A stretch of DNA of 64,000 bases from an uncultured Planctomycetota bacterium (GTDB lineage Bacteria; Planctomycetota; Planctomycetia; Isosphaerales; Isosphaeraceae). Location: assembly GCA_963823665.1 (NCBI GenBank), contig CAWGMQ010000008.1, positions 576,001-640,000 of the forward strand, written 5' to 3'. The notes under the pieces are model-generated. The model saw only the letters and a list, made by a program, of their open reading frames with translations, was not told the origin of the DNA and did not search any database. Of this stretch, positions 36,653-46,869 are shown piece by piece. The translations under genes were made by a program, and so were the position numbers. Each line of letters starts with the position of its first letter. The stretch's first letter is position 1.

Positions 36653-38651
36653 GTCGAGTAGCGGAGGGACGGGTGTGACCCCGTCGCCTCCGCCCTCTTC
36701 AAACCGGACTTGCAGATTTCCCGCATCCGGCTTGCCCAAATCCTCTCGATCGAAGGCGATTCGCAGGGAGGCAGCGATAAGTCATTTCAGGAGCCGCAGG
36801 CCGAGGCTCTGCAGGTGGAAGTAATCTGACTTGCCTACCGGGGTACGGTAGGCTCGCTGACTGCGACGTTGCAAGTGACGCGTCAAGCGCAGCAGCATGA
36901 AGCTATTGAGGTTCCGAAACCGATGGCGGGGATAGCCGTAACGGAAGTATCCGCTCCAGCCTTTTGTCCAGCGGTTGATACCGTCTATCACCTCTCGGAT
37001 GGAGACGAAACACAGCCTGGGCCCAGTCATCTCTCGGATTCTTTCGTGGGCGCGAGCCATCGACTTGACTGAGGGAAACACGTTGAGATATCGATGATCG
37101 CGGCCAAAGAGGTCCCGGTCGTATCGCAACGCAAAGCCCAGAAAGTTCAGGCTCTGACCCGGTTCATGCAGCTTGACGATTCGCGTTTTCTCGCGGTTGA
37201 CGGTGAGCCGAAACCGTCCCTCTAACAGATTCTCGATCCAATCGATCAAGCGCTGAGATTGATAGCGTGCCAGGACCACAAAGTCATCGGCATACCGCAC
37301 GAGTTTGGCGTTGGCCCAGCGACTAGGTCCGTCGAAACGATAAAACAGCTTCTCGAACCAATGCAGGTAGAGATTCGCCAGCAACGGTGAAATTACTCCA
37401 CCCTGCGGCGTCCCCTGTTTCGGCCGAGTCACTTTAGTCTTACCGTGTCCGTCGGTCTCGACGACGGGGCTTTCCAGCCACATGCGGATCAGCTTCAGCA
37501 CGGAGCGGTCGGCAATCCGTCGTTCCAGGCACTTGATCAATGCATCATGTGGAATTGTGTCGAAGTACGATTTCAGATCCGCGTCATAGATCTCTCGAAA
37601 CCCGGAGTTGACATGGTGACGGATCGTGTCGATCGCCTGATGAGCGTTTCTTCCTGGACGAAACCCAAACGAGCAGTTCAGGAAGTCAGCCTCAAAGATC
37701 GGCTCGAGTATCAACATGGCCGCCGTTTGGACGATCCGGTCTTTGACCGTGGGAATTCCCAGCGGTCGCATCCGGCCGTCCGGTTTAGGGATATAGACGC
37801 GTTTGACCGGCTGCGGTCGGTAGCGTTTGGTGCGGAGCTCTTCGTGCAACTGCCGTATGTAGGCATCCCAGGCAGGATCATCCAGTGTGACGAGGTCCTG
37901 ACAGGTGACACCATCCACCCCGGCAGCGCCGTTGTGATTCAGCACCAGAGTCGCCGCAATCCGCAGCACGTCTTCCCGATAGATCCGGTCGTACAGAGCG
38001 TAGAACCGGAACTTCGGCTCCTGCTTGGCCTTTTGACCTAGCTTCTTTCTCAGTTCAGAGACTTTCGGCGGTAGCAGGACCCCAGACTTCACTTCTGGCT
38101 CAGCCAGTTGTTGGTCCCAGGTCAGGCCACCGTGTTCTTCCGTAGTGGGACGTTTGTCCAAGCGGATCTCCTCACTTCTGATGAAGCGTGAATTTGGCAG
38201 GGGTCCTTTGCTCCACGGTGGTTAGCCGTATCGTCGCTACTACGACCCCCTCCGACTCCCGGCGTGGCCGACTGGCGGTTATGGTTTCCCGTCGGTCGTT
38301 GGTCAGAGATCACTTCCAGATCTCAGACCGCCAAGCCGGGTCTCTCAGGTTCCTCACTGATCTGTCGACGCCCGCCATCCCCTCTCACCCCGGGTAGCCC
38401 ATCCGCTGCACGTGCTCGTTGCTTCGCGAATGGTGTCAGGTTTCGGCATCTTCGGAAGATTGACCACTACCACTGGTTTATCGAGGCCGAAACGGGTTCA
38501 CGCTTTCGCATTACGGCTGACGTCTTCGCGTTCTCGGGCTCCGACGGCGCGGTTGCCCGCACCGCCGCCGAGTCGGCTTCATGGTGAACGAGCAATTGCC
38601 ATGGGCAGTTCCTTTTAACTGTCGAGATCAGCGAGACTTAGCCTGACGCAC
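36653..38651 (-). mobile_element. Complete group II intron (1999 nt)
   Basis: 5' GTGCG at 38651; domain V AAGCCGGATGCGGGAAATCTGCAAGTCCGGTTT (36701-36733, AGC triad); domain VI with bulged A, ending CTACTCGAC at 36653. Confidence 0.93.
36782..38161 (-). CDS. ltrA: Group II intron reverse transcriptase/maturase, no HNH endonuclease domain
   Basis: GAAGVDG, RVYIPKPDG.RPLGIPTVKDR, SFGFRPGR, GTPQGGVISPLLANLYL, RYADD, FLGF, X domain GWSGYF; the protein ends without an En domain. Confidence 0.97.
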   Translation of the reverse strand: MDKRPTTEEHGGLTWDQQLAEPEVKSGVLLPPKVSELRKKLGQKAKQEPKFRFYALYDRIYREDVLRIAATLVLNHNGAAGVDGVTCQDLVTLDDPAWDAYIRQLHEELRTKRYRPQPVKRVYIPKPDGRMRPLGIPTVKDRIVQTAAMLILEPIFEADFLNCSFGFRPGRNAHQAIDTIRHHVNSGFREIYDADLKSYFDTIPHDALIKCLERRIADRSVLKLIRMWLESPVVETDGHGKTKVTRPKQGTPQGGVISPLLANLYLHWFEKLFYRFDGPSRWANAKLVRYADDFVVLARYQSQRLIDWIENLLEGRFRLTVNREKTRIVKLHEPGQSLNFLGFALRYDRDLFGRDHRYLNVFPSVKSMARAHERIREMTGPRLCFVSIREVIDGINRWTKGWSGYFRYGYPRHRFRNLNSFMLLRLTRHLQRRSQRAYRTPVGKSDYFHLQSLGLRLLK

Positions 38652-39110
38652 CGAAGGTAACGAAGGGGAGGAGAGCTGAGGGCCAGAAGCAGATGCCGAC
38701 GCGGGCACGGCACGCAACTGTCAGGATGGCCTCGGCGACGGCCGGTCCTTCCGGATCCAGGCGCCGAGCACTCAATACGGCTACCGCGTCACCGAATTTG
38801 TCTTTACCTTCGTTGCCTTTGTTCAAATCTGAGGCCACTGATATGCATCAGTCTTTTGTCGCGTCCATGCGGGCATTGAACTTAAGTGTGACGATGGGAT
38901 AATCGGAGTGGTCTTCGCCAAGGACCTGGGAAGATCAGTGCCGTAGCAAACGACCTCGACCGGCTGAACGTTCTTCTTCGCTGTGTGGCGAGAGTGTCTG
39001 CGCGAGGCCGAGAGAGCGGCAAGCGACTGTTCTGAAGCGGCCTGGTTGATCAACCTGCGACGATGCGACAAGTATTGGTTTGCGGGCCTCGATTCGAGGT
39101 GAACTGATTC

Positions 39111-42100
39111 ATGGACGTTCCTGTTTCATTGCGGCTTCTGGCTTCGACGAACAACGCGCGCGGGGATTTATTCACGCGGCTCGTCAAGGATCTGTTCTTC
39201 GCTCTCGGTTATGACGACTTGAGGCTCGATGTCCACAAGTCCGGCCGCGAGATTGACATCCAGGGGACGCACCGGCTCGAGCTGCGACGGCTCGTTGCCG
39301 AATGCAAAGCCCACACCGACAAGATTGGTGGCGAGGATCTCAACAAGTTCTTCGGTGTCGTCAGCCTCGAACGCGACAAGGACGAACGAATTCCCATCAC
39401 CGCCTATTTCGTCTCGCTCAGCGGGTTCCGGGAGACGGGCAAACAGCAGGAGCTCGAGACCAGCGAGCAGAAGCGAATCATTCTGCTTGATGGCAAGCAG
39501 ATGATTGATGAGATGGTGAATGGTCGGATTCTGATCAGCCGAGAAAAGGCCGTGGAGAAAGCCGGGGGCTGCCGTGCGCACGCTCGGTTGGAAGATGTCG
39601 ACGTGGACGAGACGGAATTGCTCGGGCACGAGCTCGGATATCTGTGGGCTGTGTACTACTCCCACGGCAAGCAGCGAGCGCACTTTGCACTGATTCACGC
39701 TGACGGTACGCCTCTGACCGAGTCCCTCGCTAGAGAAGTCATCAAGGCCGACCGGAAATGTCGCGGGTCACTGTACAAGCTAATGTACTTGGCTCCGCCG
39801 GCGCCGGCGGCCGATCGCGAAGCGCTCGCGAAGGCGTCGATCGAGCTCTATCGGCGATGGCTTGTCGCGGAATGTGGGGAGATTCAACTCCTGGGCCTAC
39901 CAGCGGATTCTGATCTGGCGACAAAGCGCATGAAGTTAGAGCGACTGTTCGTCCCGTTAAAGGTCGTCGCAGCCGCGCAGACGGAGGGAACCGGCGAGAG
40001 AGAATTTACAAGCCCGCCAGAGAAGATCACGCCCATCGGCGCGTTCCTTGGCCTGCATCCACGTTTTTCATTGCTGGCTAAACCAGGAGGCGGCAAGAGC
40101 ACCGTTCTGAAGCGGCTAGCGGTCGCCTACGCAGTAGCCGAACGGAGGGCAGACACGGACGATGGGCTTCCCGATCGGGATTGGTTGCCCCTGTTTCTGC
40201 GCTGTCGGGAGCTGCGTGATCGAGCCCATCGACCGATTCGCGAGCTGCTGGACGATCTACCGAAGCACGCCGGCATGAACGACGCTGTAGCATCATTTTT
40301 CCGCGCTCACATGGACGAAGCCCTGCGCACTGGGCGGGCGCTCTTGCTGGTCGATGGTCTCGACGAAATTCTCGACGAAGGCGCGCGGACAACGTTCGCC
40401 GGTCACGTGCGCACGTTTCTGGCGATGTTTCCGCAAGTGGCCACAGTCGTGACGTCGCGCGAGGCGGGATACCGCCACGTAGCAGGAGTGGTCGCCAGCG
40501 CCTGCGAGCAGGTGTCCCTCGCTCCGTTCGATCACGCTGACGTCCAGCGTCTTTGTGAAAGCTGGCATGTCGAAGTCGCGGGGGATAACGACAGGGTCCG
40601 AGCCGAAGCGGAAGCTCTGGCGGCTACGATCTGGAACAACGAGCGCATTCGCTCGCTCGCAGAGAACCCGCTGATGTTGACGACGCTTCTGGTAGTCCGA
40701 CGTTGCTCCGGCGGCGAGCTGCCGACTCGCCGTGTGGAACTCTATCGAGAAGCTGTGCGCGTCCTGATTCGCACCTGGAACACCGAAGGCTTCGAGCCGA
40801 TGGACTTGGAGGAAACCCTGGCTCAGCTTTCGTACGTGGCCTGCGTGATGATGAGCGAAGGTCTTCAGCAAGTGGGTCACCGACGGCTCCTCAAACTGCT
40901 CAGGGACGCGCGGAAGGAGCTGCAAGCCGAGTTGCAGTTCACGCGGGTTAGCGCCGAGAACTTTGTTGAACGAATCGAATACCGGAGCAGCCTTCTGATG
41001 CAGACGGGGCATGAACGGATCGACGGCGAGATCCAGCCGGTCTACGAATTTCGGCACCTGACTTTTCAGGAATACTTGGCGGCGCGCGGGCTGGTCGAGG
41101 AACAGTATCCCGGCCGAGATGACGGCCGGGGTCTGCGCGAGATTCTTGAGCCTCATTTTCCGGATCTATCTTGGCATGAAATCGTCGCGCTCGCATGCGT
41201 GATGGCGGGGCGCAGAGCTGTGTCCGTGCTTGAGCGACTTACGGAGCTGTGCGAATTTGGGAAGGCGGTTCAAGGCGCGGGCCCACCTGGCGATGAGGAG
41301 CATCGGCGACTGGCGCGCCTCCTGCGGCAGTGCCTCCTCGACGAAATACAAGTGCCGCCACCTGCCCTAGTTTCTGCGCTACGCGAAACCGTGCGCCATA
41401 CTGCCGACGGTGAGGGGCTAATACTCCTGCGGCACGGAAAGTTCGGCGGATTATTACAGGATGTCGTCGAGAAAACCTACCTCGAAGCGAATCGTCGCTG
41501 GGAAGACTATTATCGCGCGATGCTCGTGCTAGCGGGCGACGCCGTTTTTGGAAATCGGGCGATCGAGCTCTCATCCGAAGTCGCCTGCACCCTCGATCGC
41601 TGGCTTGCGTCGGGAAACCGACGAGAGCAAGCGCACGCGCTGCTGGTTTCGGCACGTCTTGCGATTTCGGCGTGGGGCAAACGCGAGAAGATTAACAGTG
41701 AATTCGTAGAGCGCATGAAATCGTTACGTAACGCCGCCGGTCAGATTCTCAATCCGGAGGATCCCGTGCTAGCGCTGACCGCCGCATGGACGCTTATGTG
41801 GACGGGGGCAGTTAGGGTTCCGAGCATGCCCCCCGCGCCGCGCGTCATTCAGACGTTATTCAAGTTATGGCGTGAGGCGGCTTCTCCTGAATTGCGTTCC
41901 ATCGCCGGGTCGGCGCTTTCATGCCAGCCGGTTCTTCCGCGAGACACAATCGCCACTGAGTTCTGGGCCACTGAGAATGAAGAACCCGCGGAACCGTCGC
42001 CCTCGTTCGAGCACCCCGCGACGCTCATAACAGCTTGGTATCGGCGCGGGCCTTGGAGCGACTCGGTGCTAGCCGAAAAAATCAGGCAGGCCGGATACTT

Positions 42101-42206
42101 CAATGGCGTGCAGGCTATGTGCATTCGCACGTTCGGCGAAATCCTCCTGACACTGGGCGATGCGGGACGTGCGGCAATTGAGGAATGGCAGGCGCGCCGT
42201 ACTTGA
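39111..42206 (+). CDS. Mrr-like restriction endonuclease fused to a NACHT (STAND) NTPase; NLR-like defence candidate
   Basis: N-terminal GREIDI..VAECK PD-(D/E)xK core; Walker A AKPGGGKST, Walker B LLLVDGLDE, VTSR, NPLML, FRHLTFQEYLAA; helical C-terminus. Confidence 0.9.
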   Translation: MDVPVSLRLLASTNNARGDLFTRLVKDLFFALGYDDLRLDVHKSGREIDIQGTHRLELRRLVAECKAHTDKIGGEDLNKFFGVVSLERDKDERIPITAYFVSLSGFRETGKQQELETSEQKRIILLDGKQMIDEMVNGRILISREKAVEKAGGCRAHARLEDVDVDETELLGHELGYLWAVYYSHGKQRAHFALIHADGTPLTESLAREVIKADRKCRGSLYKLMYLAPPAPAADREALAKASIELYRRWLVAECGEIQLLGLPADSDLATKRMKLERLFVPLKVVAAAQTEGTGEREFTSPPEKITPIGAFLGLHPRFSLLAKPGGGKSTVLKRLAVAYAVAERRADTDDGLPDRDWLPLFLRCRELRDRAHRPIRELLDDLPKHAGMNDAVASFFRAHMDEALRTGRALLLVDGLDEILDEGARTTFAGHVRTFLAMFPQVATVVTSREAGYRHVAGVVASACEQVSLAPFDHADVQRLCESWHVEVAGDNDRVRAEAEALAATIWNNERIRSLAENPLMLTTLLVVRRCSGGELPTRRVELYREAVRVLIRTWNTEGFEPMDLEETLAQLSYVACVMMSEGLQQVGHRRLLKLLRDARKELQAELQFTRVSAENFVERIEYRSSLLMQTGHERIDGEIQPVYEFRHLTFQEYLAARGLVEEQYPGRDDGRGLREILEPHFPDLSWHEIVALACVMAGRRAVSVLERLTELCEFGKAVQGAGPPGDEEHRRLARLLRQCLLDEIQVPPPALVSALRETVRHTADGEGLILLRHGKFGGLLQDVVEKTYLEANRRWEDYYRAMLVLAGDAVFGNRAIELSSEVACTLDRWLASGNRREQAHALLVSARLAISAWGKREKINSEFVERMKSLRNAAGQILNPEDPVLALTAAWTLMWTGAVRVPSMPPAPRVIQTLFKLWREAASPELRSIAGSALSCQPVLPRDTIATEFWATENEEPAEPSPSFEHPATLITAWYRRGPWSDSVLAEKIRQAGYFNGVQAMCIRTFGEILLTLGDAGRAAIEEWQARRT

Positions 42207-42616
42207 GCAGTAGCAAACGGGAAGATAGCCAAACATGACCGTCACACCCAGTCCTGCCGACAGGGCCTGAGCTGAACCCGTCCCGCATCGCTGAGAGTTC
42301 AGTGGACGGACTTGATCGTTGTGTGACGTCCGATACGGGCAGCCCAGGGAACTGCTCGCCTCGAGTGCCTCGGCTGGAAGTTCTGTTCAACGCTGTTTGG
42401 ATAGCGGTTACAGGCAACTTAAGCAATAGTATATAATATGTTTCTTTTTAACTAATGATCGGACACCGTATTGGTGCCGCCATCGCCGCACCACTGAACT
42501 TCGATCTCACGCCCATCGTCGCTCCTTCGCGCCTTCTGTTTGCGACGTTGCATGACCTCATCTTCAGGTTTCAACTGAATCGCTGAGGATGCAAAAGCTC
42601 CCACCTTCGCATGAGC

Positions 42617-44314
42617 TCATCTTCGCACGATACCTCGTCGTTCCGCGCCAACCATCTTCTCCGACTCACCGGGCGAGATTGTAGCCCCGCTCAGCCGCGC
42701 GGAGCGACCGGCCCACGCAAACTGGTGCGACCCCACTGCCACCCCTGCGCCGGCCTCCTCAATCAAATCACACCCCCCGCGACCCCGGACCATCACCCAG
42801 CACATCAACCCACATCCACCCAAGAACCACCCTGCTGTTCCCAGCCCCAGGAGGCCGAGACCGCCGAACTGCGGCATTGCCAGGTAGTAGGACCACGAAA
42901 GCACCACGGGAGCCAACGCCGCAATCCTTGCTGCACGCGGCATTCCGCTTCTCGATAGCCAGATCGGGACGCAGAGCAGGGCAGGGAGCTGGACCATGAA
43001 GTAGTGGCCCCAGGCCAGCGGGGAGACCAGCAGCGTGGCGCAGGACGCCAGGGCGAAGGCTGAGAACGCATCGAGAGCGTGACCACGCCGGCCCACCATC
43101 GCGGCCAGGGCCAAGAGCGAAATCAGAATAAATCCGATCGCGACGCGTACGGCTGGATTCGCGATCCGCTCCGGCTGGTCGGGGGTGAAGGCTTCGGCGT
43201 TCCCGGACGACCCGCGAGTACCAAGGGCTGACGCACCCTGGTCAATCGCTCCAGGGGCTGACGCACCCTGGCTACGTGCTGTCGCCCCCTCCGGGGGCTG
43301 AAAACGTACGGGCGCGGGGCTGCCGAATCGGTAAGACTTGCTCCAGAGATAGACGCCGTTGGCCAGGCTCTGGTTGCGGTAGCTATGAACGTTGAAACTC
43401 GCCTCGGGACCGACACGCTCGTTGGTCACGACCTTCGTTTGCCACACATCCAGATAGTGGATGTTCTTGTGCCAGCCGATGATTGAAGCTGGGATCAGTA
43501 GCAGGAAGAGAATCGCGCCGGCGGAGACACCGGCGGTCGAGGCGATTGCGCTTGACCAGGGGCGCTCGCGGCGGCCGGGGAAGAGGACGGATAGCCATTG
43601 CTGACCTAGCAGGAACACCACGGGCAAGGCCGGCACGAGCTTCACGCTCGCTGGCAGGGCTAGCGTCAGACCACCCAGGAACCAGATCGCCTGCCTTCGA
43701 CTTTGAAGCACCAGCCGCGAGCCTAGCATCAGAAAATAGAGGATCGCGATCCCTAACTGGCCGGCTTGCATGCAGTCGAGGAAGGGCAGAATCACCGCGA
43801 GGACCGCGCAGACTGCGATCCGGCGGAACTCGCGTTTCTGGGGGCCGCCGATCAACTGCCAGAGACGCCGGCTCTCGGCGATGCATCCGAACGTGAACGC
43901 GACGTTCACGGCGTACCAGAAGAGAACCTGGGATTCAGTGTCCAAGAGCGACAGGGGCGCGACCAGAATGGCAAAGAGAGGCGGATAGAGATAATGCCAG
44001 CCGCGAGGGTTGGTCACGGCGTAGGGATTGCGCCCGTCGAAGAAAGCCGCTCCGGCCTCCGTGAAGACCGTGAAGTCCGTCCTGTGGGCTTCGGTGTGGC
44101 CCGGGGGTATCCGGCCGGTTGGGCCGATGAATGCGTAGCCCCAGACGGTGAAGGCGGAAATCAAAATAGTGGAGAGCACCCAGGGACGGGCCTGGGAAAG
44201 CGAGCGCAGGCCGAGGCCGTCGAATTTGCAGACGGATTTGGCCGGGACTGCGCCAGCAGGCTGGTCTCGCCTGATCGTGCGCGCGCCGCGCGCTGATTCG
44301 TCGTCCATTGACAC
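42617..44314 (-). CDS. Glycosyltransferase family 87 (DUF2029) membrane protein
   Basis: TDFTVF..G..PY, YLYPPLFA, GQL, KLVP, NQSL, SPLAWGHY; multiple TM helices. Confidence 0.85.
   Translation of the reverse strand: MSMDDESARGARTIRRDQPAGAVPAKSVCKFDGLGLRSLSQARPWVLSTILISAFTVWGYAFIGPTGRIPPGHTEAHRTDFTVFTEAGAAFFDGRNPYAVTNPRGWHYLYPPLFAILVAPLSLLDTESQVLFWYAVNVAFTFGCIAESRRLWQLIGGPQKREFRRIAVCAVLAVILPFLDCMQAGQLGIAILYFLMLGSRLVLQSRRQAIWFLGGLTLALPASVKLVPALPVVFLLGQQWLSVLFPGRRERPWSSAIASTAGVSAGAILFLLLIPASIIGWHKNIHYLDVWQTKVVTNERVGPEASFNVHSYRNQSLANGVYLWSKSYRFGSPAPVRFQPPEGATARSQGASAPGAIDQGASALGTRGSSGNAEAFTPDQPERIANPAVRVAIGFILISLLALAAMVGRRGHALDAFSAFALASCATLLVSPLAWGHYFMVQLPALLCVPIWLSRSGMPRAARIAALAPVVLSWSYYLAMPQFGGLGLLGLGTAGWFLGGCGLMCWVMVRGRGGCDLIEEAGAGVAVGSHQFAWAGRSARLSGATISPGESEKMVGAERRGIVRR
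43224..43329. repeat. REP-like element inside the GT87 coding sequence
   Basis: gggctgacgcaccctgg occurs twice; 43260-43329 is 64/70 identical to 53826-53895. Confidence 0.85.
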
Positions 44315-44449
44315 CCCCCCGCCCGGGACAAACCGGGGACTTCCTCCGCACTCTTTGTCGGTTCAGCGAACGGGGAAATCACCCGCTGGATCGCAATTCG
44401 CGTGGCGGTGGTGTGGGTTTTGAGGGTGTGATGGATTGCGCGGGACAGC

Positions 44450-44752
44450 GGTCGCGCGGGGGGCGGCGACCCTTCGGGTGCCCGGAGACCCGCGCCCAAC
44501 ACGCGCGGGGCACCTGGGGAGGCGTTGCCCGGCCGGGCGCTTTGGGTGGGGGGAAGACCTTCGGTCGCGCGGAGGGCGGGGTCTGGAGACCCGCGCCCAA
44601 CGTGCGCGATCACGCGGAGGGTAGGGTCTGGACACCCGCGCCCAACTCGCGCGGGGCACCCGGGGTGGCGTTTCTGAGCCTAGCGCCTGGGTGGGGGGAA
44701 GACCTTTGGTCGCGCGGAGGGCGGGGTCTGGAGACCCGCGCCCAACGTGCGC
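44450..44752. repeat. REP cluster / ~146-nt tandem duplication
   Basis: gga(g/c)acccgcgcccaac at 44484, 44585, 44630 and 44730; the intervening sequences are also duplicated. Confidence 0.9.
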
Positions 44753-44824
44753 CTGCTACGACGGAAGACTGGCAGAGCCAGGGCAACCCTGCGCGCGGCA
44801 TTGAAGAACAGGGAGCGAAGCGGG

Positions 44825-46111
44825 ATGATGGAGCGCGCGATCGAGAGCGCCTGGCAAGGAAGCACCCAACAGGAGAGCACCGCCGTGATCAAGCAGCCGG
44901 GCTCGTGGTGGCGTTCCTGGGGATTCTGGGTCAAGCTGTGCGCGGGCTTCGCGATCGTCATGCTCGCGATTGCCGCTGGCGCGGTGACGTGGCTGCGATC
45001 GAGTGCCGCCGGGCAACGGGATGCCGTCGCCGCGATCAAAAAGGCCCGCGGGACCGTGACGTACGACTGGGAGGAACCCGACGCGATTCGATCGTCCGGG
45101 GCTTTCACGCTACCCGGGTTTCCGGAATGGTTGATCTACCTGGGTTGGTCCAACGGTCCGGTACAATCAGAAGAGGCCGGGCCGGATGCTCCGGCCTGGT
45201 TGGTGTCGTTGCTGGGCGTGGATTGCTTCGGGAATGTCACGTCGGTCTCGCTGCCGGGACGAACGATGGGGGATTCCCTCGAACCGATCGGCAAACTCAA
45301 ACGGCTCAAGTCGCTGCGTCTCAATAATATGGTGCTCAACTATCAAAGTCTGCAATTCCTGGAAAACCTCGGCGAGCTTGAAGATTTGACGCTCGTGCGG
45401 TCGCGGCTGGGAAGAGGAGCCCGTTTGCATCTGGCGCACCTCAAGAAACTGCAATCCTTGAACCTGATGGGGACCAACGTCGATAACGCCGCGATGGCAA
45501 GCATCGCGGGCCTCACCGAGCTCACCAACGTCAACTTGAGCGGCACCAAGATCGATAGTGCAGGCCTGGCCTCGCTGAAGGCATTGAGCAAACTGGAGGA
45601 TCTGAATCTGGACCGCACGGCAATCGGCGATCAGGGTCTATCGGTGCTCGCCGGGCTTCCAGCGCTTACTCACTTATCCATGTACGGAACGCGGATTACC
45701 GGACAGGGCCTCGTTCATCTTAATGGCTTGAAACGGCTCGAGTCGCTGCGTCTCGAAGGCACCGATCTTCGCGACTTCGGCCTGGCACAGCTTGCGAACG
45801 TGACCAGCTTGAAAGTGCTCGGGCTGAAAGGCACGGGCGTGGGGGATGCCGGCATCAAGTGCTTAACGGGATTGAAGAATCTCGAGGAGCTGACGCTGGA
45901 CCGCACGGGCGTGACCGATGCCGGACTGGCCGATCTGGCGGCTTTACCACATCTGGTCATCGTCTCGGTGCAGCACACACGAGTTACCGAGGCCGGGATC
46001 GCTGCGATCCAGGCCCAGCGGGCGGCGCTCCAGTCACAGCAGCTTGCGGCGACGACGAGCGGCGTTTCAGCGGCGCGTTCGGATATCACCAACCTGGAAA
46101 TCGTGCACTGA
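44825..46111 (+). CDS. Membrane-anchored leucine-rich repeat protein
   Basis: TM helix then about eleven 24-aa LxxLxLxxTxIxDxGLxxL repeats. Confidence 0.92.
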   Translation: MMERAIESAWQGSTQQESTAVIKQPGSWWRSWGFWVKLCAGFAIVMLAIAAGAVTWLRSSAAGQRDAVAAIKKARGTVTYDWEEPDAIRSSGAFTLPGFPEWLIYLGWSNGPVQSEEAGPDAPAWLVSLLGVDCFGNVTSVSLPGRTMGDSLEPIGKLKRLKSLRLNNMVLNYQSLQFLENLGELEDLTLVRSRLGRGARLHLAHLKKLQSLNLMGTNVDNAAMASIAGLTELTNVNLSGTKIDSAGLASLKALSKLEDLNLDRTAIGDQGLSVLAGLPALTHLSMYGTRITGQGLVHLNGLKRLESLRLEGTDLRDFGLAQLANVTSLKVLGLKGTGVGDAGIKCLTGLKNLEELTLDRTGVTDAGLADLAALPHLVIVSVQHTRVTEAGIAAIQAQRAALQSQQLAATTSGVSAARSDITNLEIVH

Positions 46112-46119
46112 AGCGCGCC

Positions 46120-46686
46120 ATGAACGACGCAGCCAAGCTGCTGGAATCGATCAAGAGCGGAGATACGCACGCGGCGGCCAAATTGCTGCCGCTGCTGTAT
46201 GACGAGCTGCGAAAGCTTGCTCGGCAGAAGCTCGCCCGTGAATCGCCGGGGCAGACTCTGGATGCCACGGCGCTGGTGCACGAAGCCTATCTACGGATGA
46301 TTGGTTCTGGAGACGATCGCCCGTTTGCAGGCGAGGGACACTTCTTTGCCGTTGCGGCCGAAGCGATGCGGCACGTCCTGGTTGATCGGGCCCGGCGCAA
46401 GCGGCGGGAAAAGCATGGCGGCGGACGCCGGCGCGTCGACCTGCACGATGACCAGCCCGCGCCCCCGGATCGAGCCGACGATCTGCTGGCGCTTGACGAG
46501 GCCCTCGACCGGCTGGCGGTTGAAGACCCGGAGGCCGCTCGTCTGGTTCAGATACGGTATTTTGCTGGCCTCTCCGTTGAGGACGCTGGCGCGAGTTTGG
46601 GGATCTCTCGGGCGACGGCTTACCGGCAGTGGGCGTTTGCCAGGGCGTGGCTGCTTGAGGAGCTCGGTGGGGGGGAGGCGGTGTGA
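46120..46686 (+). CDS. ECF-type sigma factor (planctomycete TIGR02999-like)
   Basis: LLPLLYDELRKLA, TLDATALVHEAYLR, AAEAMRHVLVD.AR, LLALDEAL, WAFARAWL. Confidence 0.93.
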   Translation: MNDAAKLLESIKSGDTHAAAKLLPLLYDELRKLARQKLARESPGQTLDATALVHEAYLRMIGSGDDRPFAGEGHFFAVAAEAMRHVLVDRARRKRREKHGGGRRRVDLHDDQPAPPDRADDLLALDEALDRLAVEDPEAARLVQIRYFAGLSVEDAGASLGISRATAYRQWAFARAWLLEELGGGEAV

Positions 46687-46752
46687 TGCGTCGCCACGCA
46701 CACAACCGTTCATCTCGATGACGCATGGCAATGCAGCGGTCGCATCCCGTAG

Positions 46753-46869
46753 GATCGGAGCGAGGAAAGCCGGTACGAGCGCAAGACCCGCGCCGACGCC
46801 GAACAATTGATCCCAGCAATCATGGACGTCAATCACGGAGTATCTAGATGGGTCAGACAACACTGGTAA
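46753..46869 (+). pseudogene. 3' relic of a HEPN-like gene overlapping the next start
   Basis: After an in-frame TAG it reads DRSEESRYERKTRADAEQLIPAIMDVNHGVSRWVRQHW*, resembling the (W)SEESRY...GV..W C-terminus of small HEPN-like proteins as I recall them. Confidence 0.6.

Larger units (their letters stand above)
36637..38827. repeat. ~190-bp inverted-repeat (MITE/REP-like) element split by the intron
   Basis: Rejoined left arm tttgaacagaaggtaa|cgaaggtaacga matches the reverse complement of 38801-38827 (tttgaacaaaggcaacgaaggtaaaga) with one indel and two mismatches. Confidence 0.75.

Noticed and set aside
36782..38161. Retron, DGR or defence-associated RT working with the neighbouring NACHT gene
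   Set aside because: The RT has a maturase X domain and lies within complete intron boundaries with domains V and VI; no template/variable repeat pair was seen; adjacency to NACHT is explained by the repeat target.
44450..44752. CRISPR array
   Set aside because: Irregular spacing, the intervening sequences are themselves duplicated, and no cas genes are present; this is a REP cluster.
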